Below the pieces are notes generated by a model. The model was given only the letters and a program-made list of their open reading frames with translations. It had not been told where the DNA came from and did not search any database. This document shows, one piece after another, positions 9,929-17,478 of a stretch of DNA of 64,000 bases. Location of the stretch: contig WLWS01000002.1 of the NCBI GenBank assembly GCA_012103475.1, forward strand, positions 359,234 to 423,233, written 5' to 3'. The stretch comes from Gammaproteobacteria bacterium. Lineage in GTDB: Bacteria > Pseudomonadota > Gammaproteobacteria > Eutrophobiales > Eutrophobiaceae. Each line of letters opens with the position of its first letter. Within the stretch, counting starts at the first letter, position 1. The position numbers and the translations under genes were made by a program.

Positions 9929-10183
9929 ATGCTGGTACGAAGCAAGCTGGCAGATGTTGAGTTTGAATTCGGTAAATTCGAATACAAGAAAGACCACTTG
10001 ATAATTCACAGTGCCGAAAGTCAGGCTATGAAAACAAAAGTGTATGTCAGTCCTGATGACATTATGGATGCTTTGGCTCAGATGTTTAAAAAACCTATGG
10101 TCTGGTTATATTTGATCGGGTTTCCATTTTTTCTAATTCGATATCGCCGCCGGCACGCAGCAAAACGACAATTAACCAAGTAA
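9929..10183 (+). CDS. small hypothetical protein with a C-terminal hydrophobic helix
   Basis: 84-aa ORF whose ATG sits 2 nt after the upstream stop. Operon context only. Confidence 0.35.
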   Translation: MLVRSKLADVEFEFGKFEYKKDHLIIHSAESQAMKTKVYVSPDDIMDALAQMFKKPMVWLYLIGFPFFLIRYRRRHAAKRQLTK

Positions 10184-10202
10184 TTAACAGCAGGGGAATG
10201 CT

Positions 10203-11849
10203 ATGCCCAAAATGACGGGTGCAGAAGCCATAATCAAATCTTTACGTCGCTATGGTGTCGACACAGTTTTTGCCTTACCCGGCGGACAGCTGGATCATCT
10301 TTTTGATGCAATGTACAAAGAAGGTGACGATATTCAGCTGGTACATTCGAGACATGAGCAAGGTGTTGCCTATATGGCTTATGGTTATGCCAAGTCAACA
10401 GGGCGAGTAGGTGTGTACGCCGTTGTTCCAGGTCCGGGTTTATTAAACTCGAGCGCAGCTTTATGTACTGCATGGGGAAATAATGCGCAGGTGTTATGCA
10501 TATCAGGTCAGATACCATCTCATGCCATCGGCAAGGGCTACGGTGATTTACACGAGATTAACGATCAGCTTGGCATGATTCGTCACATCACAAAATGGGC
10601 AGAACGAATTGAACACCCAAGTCACACTCCCGCGACAATAAGTGAAGCTATGCGGCAGTTGAATACTGGTCGTCCGCGTCCGGTGGAAATTGAGATGGCG
10701 ATGGATCTGATGGGGAACCGGGCCGAGGTAGTATTGCCTGAACCTCCTGCAGAATACGACACTCCGCCTGTCGATCTGGGTTTGATCGATGAGGCTGCAA
10801 AGATTCTGGGTGCCGCAAAGCAACCTATGATAGTAGTTGGAACTGGTGCACTGGATGCTGGAGAAGAAGTTCTGGCGCTGGCAGAGGCATTACAGGCACC
10901 CGTAATGTCAAAACGGACAGGTAAGGGAATAGTCAGCGCAAACCATTATCTTCACGCGAATGCGCCTATGGGTCACGCACTCTGGCCAAAAGTAGATGCG
11001 GTAATTGCCGTGGGTTCGAGAATTAAAGAACAACTCATGATGTGGGGTAAAGACGAAAATGTGAAGCTTATCCATATCGATATTGACCCTGTAGAAATGA
11101 CAAGAATACACACACCGGATGTGGCCATTCTCAGTGACGCCACAGTAGCGCTCCAGTCCCTGCTGCCTGTGCTTGAGAAGTACAACAGTGTTCGTGCTTC
11201 CAGAGAAGACGAAATGACAATACTGAACAAGCAGGTCTATGCTCAGATACGAGATCATGCTGCTCCGCAAATGGCATATCTTGATGTCATTCGTGAGGTG
11301 CTACCCGATGACGGTATTTTTGTTGACGAGGTGACACAAGTTGGTTTCGTGTCCTGGTATGGTTTTCAGACTTATGCACCAAGACAGCATATTACAGCAG
11401 GTGAAATGGGAACACTTGGCTTTGGCTTTGCGACTGCACTTGGTGTAGCTGTAGGCAACCCGGATAAAAAAGTGGTGCAGGTGAGCGGAGACGGTGGCTT
11501 CATGTTTAATGTGCAGGAACTATCTATTGCCGCACAATATAATATTCCCCTGGTCAGTATAATTTTCAATGACAACACATTTACAAATGTTCAGCGCCAG
11601 CAGGATGAGTGGTTTGAAGGACGCAGAATTTGTTCTGATTTACATAATCCTGATTTTGCGAAACTGGCTGAACTCTATGGAATCTCAGGTCAGCATGCGG
11701 ATTCTCCTGCATCACTAAAATCGAAGCTGGAACAGGCCTTTAAGCACAATGGTCCGACGATAATCGAAGTAGCTGTAAAAGAAAGAATGCCAAGCCCCTG
11801 GAAATTCATCATGATGCCGAAGGTTCGGGGTGAGGTGGTTGCCGGATAA
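10203..11849 (+). CDS. thiamine-pyrophosphate-dependent enzyme (acetolactate synthase large subunit/Xsc/IolD-like, COG0028)
   Basis: 548 aa with an N-terminal Pyr domain (GVDTVFALPGG), a central domain and a C-terminal PP domain (GDGGF...N). This is a TPP-enzyme fold. Confidence 0.75.
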   Translation: MPKMTGAEAIIKSLRRYGVDTVFALPGGQLDHLFDAMYKEGDDIQLVHSRHEQGVAYMAYGYAKSTGRVGVYAVVPGPGLLNSSAALCTAWGNNAQVLCISGQIPSHAIGKGYGDLHEINDQLGMIRHITKWAERIEHPSHTPATISEAMRQLNTGRPRPVEIEMAMDLMGNRAEVVLPEPPAEYDTPPVDLGLIDEAAKILGAAKQPMIVVGTGALDAGEEVLALAEALQAPVMSKRTGKGIVSANHYLHANAPMGHALWPKVDAVIAVGSRIKEQLMMWGKDENVKLIHIDIDPVEMTRIHTPDVAILSDATVALQSLLPVLEKYNSVRASREDEMTILNKQVYAQIRDHAAPQMAYLDVIREVLPDDGIFVDEVTQVGFVSWYGFQTYAPRQHITAGEMGTLGFGFATALGVAVGNPDKKVVQVSGDGGFMFNVQELSIAAQYNIPLVSIIFNDNTFTNVQRQQDEWFEGRRICSDLHNPDFAKLAELYGISGQHADSPASLKSKLEQAFKHNGPTIIEVAVKERMPSPWKFIMMPKVRGEVVAG

Positions 11850-11854
11850 TTAAG

Positions 11855-12616
11855 TTAAGCAGGACGGTATCTTAGGTCACGTAGATTAATGCCCAATCTC
11901 ACATTCGTTTTTAACTTAACAAGTTCGCGGGCATCTTCAGCGTCTACTTTTTGAGTAAGTAGACGCTGGCCAAGAGCCCCATCTGGTGGTGATGCTAATA
12001 AGGCTTCAAGCGAATTGAAATCTGCAATCAATTTCTGTGCGGTTTTTGGGCCAACCTTCGACACACCTTTGATATTATTGGTCGAGTCTCCGGTTAAGGC
12101 CCAGTAATCAACTAGCTGGGTGTGTGATACTCCATATTTATTTTGAACCCATTCAGGGTCATGTTCCTGATCATTAAAATGATCGTAGACTCTGGTATTG
12201 CTATCAAGTAACTGCAGGAAGTTTTTATCTGTAGACAATATAACTACTTTACCCTGTTTTGAAGCGAGCCCTTTTGCGAGTGTGGCGATAACATCGTCAG
12301 CTTCATAATGTTTGATGCAGATAGATTTTACACCAAGCTTGTCAAATGCAGATTCAAAATCTGGTAAGACACTCATAAGAGCTTGAGGTGCTGGTGAACG
12401 ATTAGCCTTGTACATGGGGAAGAGTTCATGTCGCCATGTTTTATCCTGGCTGTCAAAGACTGCGCAGGCATGGGTAGGCAAGTGTTTTTTTAATGCTCTC
12501 AATAAAGAATGTTTTGTGCTGGATAGTACTTCCTCGTCAATCAGGTCATCCTTGTGTGGTCTGGCCTCATATATCCGCCTGATCAGGTTCATTGCGTCAA
12601 CAAGCAGAATGTTCAT
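11855..12616 (-). CDS. xni: flap endonuclease Xni (ExoIX, 5'-3' exonuclease family)
   Basis: MNILLVDAMNLIRRIY N-terminus and a C-terminal H3TH region. 253 aa. Confidence 0.8.
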   Translation of the reverse strand: MNILLVDAMNLIRRIYEARPHKDDLIDEEVLSSTKHSLLRALKKHLPTHACAVFDSQDKTWRHELFPMYKANRSPAPQALMSVLPDFESAFDKLGVKSICIKHYEADDVIATLAKGLASKQGKVVILSTDKNFLQLLDSNTRVYDHFNDQEHDPEWVQNKYGVSHTQLVDYWALTGDSTNNIKGVSKVGPKTAQKLIADFNSLEALLASPPDGALGQRLLTQKVDAEDARELVKLKTNVRLGINLRDLRYRPA

Positions 12617-12646
12617 AAATTCAACTGAGGTATTTCCAAATCAGGG

Positions 12647-13300
12647 TCATCGACGACTTTCTAATTGCAAAAGTTGTCCTTCCCGTTTCATATTCACTTT
12701 ATTCAGAAATGTGTTTCCAAGTAAAGTAACTTTTGGAAAATCAGAGTCGTGAATTGCACCTTCGATGTCACGAACTTCTATATCACCAACTTTGACTTTA
12801 TCAAGATTCATAATATATATCTTACTCACACCTGAGGCCGTGTTTGCACTTGAAACCCGGCCCTCAAGTTTGTAATTCAAACCAATACGTTTGGCGTCAT
12901 GCTTATTCATAGAGATAAGCGTCGCTCCTGTGTCGACAATAAAAGACATCTGGAAACCGTTTATGCTGCCACTGACCCAATACATACCATTAGAGTCCGG
13001 AGCGATGGTTGAAGTTTTCCCACCCTCGGCTGCTTTAAATTTGCTGCCTATATGAGAGCCTAATGTATAGGTATTTTGCTCACCTTCAATTTCAAGGATG
13101 GCTTCCTTACTGTTGGCGCTGACCAGAATAATCCCCTCCGGCGAGGTTTTACCGACTTCAAGTATTCGTTGTTTCCCATCAACCCTGACAATGGCCTTGT
13201 TTTTAAATAAACCCAGAATATTAATTTTTTCGATTGCCGGTGCTGCCTGGCTGCAAATAACAAAAAAGCTTGAAACAAGAAATTTAAAGATTAGTTTCAT
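12647..13300 (-). CDS. secreted retropepsin-like (clan AA) aspartic protease family protein
   Basis: N-terminal signal peptide and a D-T-G-A-T active-site motif (FIVDTGATLISM). 217 aa. Confidence 0.7.
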   Translation of the reverse strand: MKLIFKFLVSSFFVICSQAAPAIEKINILGLFKNKAIVRVDGKQRILEVGKTSPEGIILVSANSKEAILEIEGEQNTYTLGSHIGSKFKAAEGGKTSTIAPDSNGMYWVSGSINGFQMSFIVDTGATLISMNKHDAKRIGLNYKLEGRVSSANTASGVSKIYIMNLDKVKVGDIEVRDIEGAIHDSDFPKVTLLGNTFLNKVNMKREGQLLQLESRR

Positions 13301-13450
13301 CTAGTCATACATAGGTGAATTGAGAGAGATTATCATAGCACTAAGGTACGCCAAGTAAGAAACTGAGCACTACTGTCGACAGGTTATTTTTTAAACTTAT
13401 GCTATGATCCGGTATCTTTTGCTCAAGGAAATAATAAGGAAAACAGACAG

Positions 13451-14566
13451 ATGATCATTATTTTACAACCGGATGCTGATAAAAAAGCACCGGCATACGA
13501 GAAGTTGATGCGTCACCTCGAATCCTTGCCCGGGATAAGTATTCGTGTTCATGATGAGAAGGGTTCAGAGCAAACCCTGACTGAAATTTATCTGGTGGGT
13601 AATACGATGCCCCTGATTAGCGAAGAAATCGAAGCCTATGAAGCAGTCGACAGAGTGGTTCGAGTATCACGCGAATACCGTGTGCTGGGGAGACACAATA
13701 ATGACCTCCGAGACACGCATTTCGAGTACAACGGAGTACGATTTGGACAGGATAATCTGCAGATTTTTGCCGGTTTATGCGCTGTTGATAAGCCTGACAA
13801 TGTGGAATCAATGATGAAAGCGCTGAAGGAAAACGGTTTGCAATGCACAAGAATGGGAGCCTACAAACCGCGTACCAGTCCCTATTCATTTCAGGGTCAC
13901 GGCAAAGATTGTTTACCCTACGTGTTCGAACTGGCAGGAAAATACGATATTAAAGTTATCTCAATGGAGATCACTCATGACGACCAGATTGATGAGATCA
14001 ATGAAGCTCTGGAAACCGCAGGTAAACCGACTGGCGTCATGTTGCAGATCGGTACTCGTAATACTCAAAACTTTGAATTACTCAAAACAGCGGGTCGGCA
14101 AAAGGAATTTCCGGTACTGTTGAAACGCGGTTTTGGAATTACTCTGGAAGAATCACTGAATGCGGCAGAATATCTGGCCAGCGAAGGCAATCGCAATGTC
14201 ATTTTCTGTCTGCGTGGAATGAAAACAAACTACGGTGATCCACATCGAAATCTGGTTGATTTTTCACACGTGCCCACCGTTAAAACAATGACGCGTATGC
14301 CAGTCTGTATCGATCCGTCCCACTCTGTAGGCTCCAGAAATAGCTCTCCTGACAACATAATGGATGTGTTTCACTGTACTGCTCAGGGTGTTATCGCGGG
14401 AGCCAATATGATTCTGGTTGATTTTCATCCTGTCCCGGAAGAGGCCCTGGTAGACGGCCCTCAGGCTCTGCGTATGGGGGAACTGTCGTGGTTCCTGGAA
14501 GATGTGCAGATAGCTCGTGAGGCCTATTTGAAGCGCTGTGAACTGCAGTTGCAATTAGCACAGTAA
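13451..14566 (+). CDS. 3-deoxy-7-phosphoheptulonate (DAHP) synthase, type I-beta, with an N-terminal ferredoxin-like regulatory domain
   Basis: KPRTSPYSFQG motif, a DAHPS/KDO8PS barrel, and a roughly 90-aa N-terminal extension of the kind seen on Thermotoga/Bacillus-type enzymes. Confidence 0.7.
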   Translation: MIIILQPDADKKAPAYEKLMRHLESLPGISIRVHDEKGSEQTLTEIYLVGNTMPLISEEIEAYEAVDRVVRVSREYRVLGRHNNDLRDTHFEYNGVRFGQDNLQIFAGLCAVDKPDNVESMMKALKENGLQCTRMGAYKPRTSPYSFQGHGKDCLPYVFELAGKYDIKVISMEITHDDQIDEINEALETAGKPTGVMLQIGTRNTQNFELLKTAGRQKEFPVLLKRGFGITLEESLNAAEYLASEGNRNVIFCLRGMKTNYGDPHRNLVDFSHVPTVKTMTRMPVCIDPSHSVGSRNSSPDNIMDVFHCTAQGVIAGANMILVDFHPVPEEALVDGPQALRMGELSWFLEDVQIAREAYLKRCELQLQLAQ

Positions 14567-14593
14567 GCAAAGACAAGAAAAATTCGGGAGAAA

Positions 14594-15496
14594 TTATTTT
14601 TTTTGAAAAATAGTCGGTGCAGATAATTGATGTTGTTGGGGCACTTTGCTCAAATTCCAGTTTGCGATACCCCATTGAATAATCTTTTCTACTGTCTCAT
14701 TTTGTAGTTCCTGCGCCGGAGTCTGTCCTAAAAACCTGAGGCATGCGTAAAGAACATGCCCGGCTTTGGATGTCAGTAACACGTAATCGGCCTGTTCCTG
14801 TTTAGAAATCTTTGCGCCATTGGTGTAAGTAGCCAGCGGCACGTGTGCATAGAGTGGCCCGGGCAGTCGCAGAATATTCTGTAGATAAATCTGACGAGCA
14901 CAGGATTCAAGTAGATCAGCACCTCGAATTATGTGTGACACATTTTGATAAGCGTCATCGACAACAACAGCCAGATGGTAAGCGGTGATTTGATCAGCTC
15001 GTCTGATTACAAAATCACCCACTTCAGATTTAAGATTCTGAAAATAACTCTGTTGAATCAGATCGTCTACTTCCAGCTCACCTTCCTCAACAATAATTCT
15101 CAAGGCATACTGTTTGTCTGATACGAATGTTAGATTTCGACAGCTGCCGGGGTAGGGTTTGCCTCTGGTTTTATCTCTGGAACAATAACACGCATAGATA
15201 AGTTCATTTTTATGTAATTGCTCGAGAACTGACTGGTATGCGTCATTACGCTGGCTCTGATACAGAATCTGGTTGTCCCAGTACATACCGAGTTCTTCAA
15301 GAGTAGACAGTATTTTGCTGTCAGCACCTTTTTGCGTACGCGGTGAATCCAGATCATCAATGCGAACTAACCACTTGCCGTGATTTGCGCGGGCGTCCAG
15401 ATAACTGGCAAGGGCAGTTATAATGGAGCCAAAATGTAAGGGACCACTCGGAGTTGGCGCGAATCGACCTACATAGTCTGTATTAACGGCGGACAT
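14594..15496 (-). CDS. gluQ: glutamyl-Q tRNA(Asp) synthetase
   Basis: Truncated GluRS catalytic domain with an HFGS motif, about 300 aa. It lies downstream of dksA as in E. coli (dksA-yadB). Confidence 0.85.
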   Translation of the reverse strand: MSAVNTDYVGRFAPTPSGPLHFGSIITALASYLDARANHGKWLVRIDDLDSPRTQKGADSKILSTLEELGMYWDNQILYQSQRNDAYQSVLEQLHKNELIYACYCSRDKTRGKPYPGSCRNLTFVSDKQYALRIIVEEGELEVDDLIQQSYFQNLKSEVGDFVIRRADQITAYHLAVVVDDAYQNVSHIIRGADLLESCARQIYLQNILRLPGPLYAHVPLATYTNGAKISKQEQADYVLLTSKAGHVLYACLRFLGQTPAQELQNETVEKIIQWGIANWNLSKVPQQHQLSAPTIFQKK

Positions 15497-15572
15497 TCAT
15501 AATGCCAGGGTCAATAATGCTATAGATTCGGAGCGTAGCTACCGTCTCAGACTACAGATACGGAAAGGTGCG

Positions 15573-16370
15573 CTAACCGAGTTGACGTTCTTTTATTTCA
15601 TCCAGAGTTTTGCAGTCTATACATAAAGTCGCGGTAGGGCGGGCTTCAAGTCGACCCACACCAATTTCTACTCCACATAATTCGCAGTAACCATAGTCAC
15701 CAGTTTCAAGAGTTTGAATGGCTTCATCAATTTTTTTAATCAACTTGCGTTCACGATCGCGTGTCCTTAGTTCAAGTGCAAACTCTTCCTCTTGCGTTGC
15801 TCGATCGTTGGGATCAGGAAAATTGGCTGCTTCGTCCTGCATATGATGCATTGTACGATCGACTTCTTCCATGAGACTCCGCTTCCAGGCGAGCAACAAG
15901 CCTCTGAAATGAGCGGATTGCTCAGTATTCATATATTCTTCGTTTCGCTTGGCCCGATACGGTTTTATCGGAGTGACTTCAGTTTTTATTGTTACTTTCT
16001 TTTTTGCAGTTACAGTCTTGGACATCTTTGTTGTTTTTCCACTGCTTGAGGAAGAAGCTTTCTTCTTTGCAGTTACTTTCTTTTTGGCAGGAATTGTTTT
16101 TTTAGTAATTTTCTTTGCAATCACTTTCTTTTTGGCTACTTTCTTCTTGGCCGTAGTCTTTTTAGCGACTTTTTTTACAACTTTCTTTTTTGCAGTCGCT
16201 TTTTTAGCAACTTTTTTCGCTGTTTTTTTCACGGCAGCAGCTTTCTTCTTTGTAACTTTCTTTTTGGCGACCGGTTTCGTCTTCTGCTTGGACGCAGTTT
16301 TCTTTTTCGTTGCGGTGACTTTTTTCTTGCTTACCGGCTTCTTTTTAGCCGTTTTTTTCTTCGCAGCCAT
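15573..16370 (-). CDS. dksA: RNA polymerase-binding transcription factor DksA carrying a roughly 125-aa N-terminal lysine/alanine-rich histone H1-like extension
   Basis: The C-terminal 140 aa align with canonical DksA: HMQDEAANFPDPNDRATQEEEF coiled-coil tip and a CELCG...CIDCK C4 zinc finger. The N-terminus is built of KKKxxAKK repeats. A GGAG sits 9 nt upstream of the ATG. Confidence 0.8.
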   Translation of the reverse strand: MAAKKKTAKKKPVSKKKVTATKKKTASKQKTKPVAKKKVTKKKAAAVKKTAKKVAKKATAKKKVVKKVAKKTTAKKKVAKKKVIAKKITKKTIPAKKKVTAKKKASSSSSGKTTKMSKTVTAKKKVTIKTEVTPIKPYRAKRNEEYMNTEQSAHFRGLLLAWKRSLMEEVDRTMHHMQDEAANFPDPNDRATQEEEFALELRTRDRERKLIKKIDEAIQTLETGDYGYCELCGVEIGVGRLEARPTATLCIDCKTLDEIKERQLG

Positions 16371-16439
16371 TATCTGAAACTCCGACTTCGATTAAGGGTG
16401 TATCTATACCAAAAACGCAGGTTTGTGGCAATTAGGGCG

Positions 16440-17195
16440 CTACTTTGCCACATCTAGGGCCTCTTTGGAATCAGCATTAAGCTGTTCTATCCAAATCTTC
16501 GTCGCCGCAGCAACTGCGGCAGGCATAGCGATAAAATTAACAACAGGAATCATCGTCAGAAGCATTACACTGCTGCCGAAACTCAGTGTAAGTGAACGTC
16601 TGCCGGCGAGAGTTTGTCGGACCTGTGGGAAGAGAATACCTTCGTTACCCATAGGATACTCCATATATTCAAGTGCGAGCATCCACGCACCAAAAATAAA
16701 CCAGAGAAAAGGCGCAAAAGCCTGCACGAAAGGAATAAAAAATAATAAAAGCAAGGGCAGCGCTCTGACCAGAAAATAACTCAGCTTGATAATTTCAATT
16801 CTGAATGCACTGCTGAGTTCTGCAGGCAGTGTCTTAAGTGTGAATGGTCGGTCTGGAGGAGTCTTATTAAGATGCGCAGCTACGGCTTCGGCCAGAAATC
16901 CGTTAAAAGGTGCGGCAATAAGATTGGCAATGATCGAAAAACAAAAGAAGACAATGGTCATTGAAATAAAGGCGAATACCGGCCATAAAAGCCAGCTTAA
17001 CCAACTTGTCCAGGGGAAATTTGACGTCAGCCAGTCAATCAGATCATTTAAACTGCTTGCACCAAAGAAGATGACAGCCGCAAACAACAGAGAATTCATA
17101 GTGAAAGGAATAAGGACATAAATACGGATGCCTGGTTTCAGTAGCAGTCGAAGCCCTGCCAGCAATTGCTTTGGACCGTCGGTAAATTTACCCAA
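16440..17195 (-). CDS. cysZ: sulfate transporter CysZ
   Basis: CysZ/EI24-family polytopic membrane protein, 251 aa. Confidence 0.75.
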   Translation of the reverse strand: MGKFTDGPKQLLAGLRLLLKPGIRIYVLIPFTMNSLLFAAVIFFGASSLNDLIDWLTSNFPWTSWLSWLLWPVFAFISMTIVFFCFSIIANLIAAPFNGFLAEAVAAHLNKTPPDRPFTLKTLPAELSSAFRIEIIKLSYFLVRALPLLLLFFIPFVQAFAPFLWFIFGAWMLALEYMEYPMGNEGILFPQVRQTLAGRRSLTLSFGSSVMLLTMIPVVNFIAMPAAVAAATKIWIEQLNADSKEALDVAK

Positions 17196-17478
17196 GATTT
17201 CGTTTCTCCGCTAAATTAAAGTGTAAAACTGCAGATGCAGAAATGAATCCTTTCATCTGACTACAAAGTACTCAAAGTATTTGCCATTTTGTGGTCTTGT
17301 CAATCACAAATTAGCCTTTTAAAAAAGCAAAATATTTTTTAACTTCAATCTTAATAGTTAAGATTAATTGTCATTTAATAATTATTTAAAAACAATTATA
17401 TATGTTCTAATCTTAATGTTAATAATAGAAAAACTAAAGGCTTGTCTGAAGGTATTGATATCGGTATGGTAGCCGACC

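Noticed and set aside
15996-16370. Tandem KKAK-type nucleotide repeats as a CRISPR array or other non-coding repeat
   Set aside because: The repeats are in frame with the DksA domain, imperfect at the nucleotide level, and have no spacer-repeat periodicity. They are coding low-complexity sequence.
15949-16377. 142-aa Phe-rich ORF on the plus strand (FFFAVTFFLA...)
   Set aside because: It is the antisense reading of the AAG/AAA-rich lysine-repeat region of dksA. Its composition (poly-Phe from TTT/TTC) and its complete overlap with a conserved gene mark it as an artefact.
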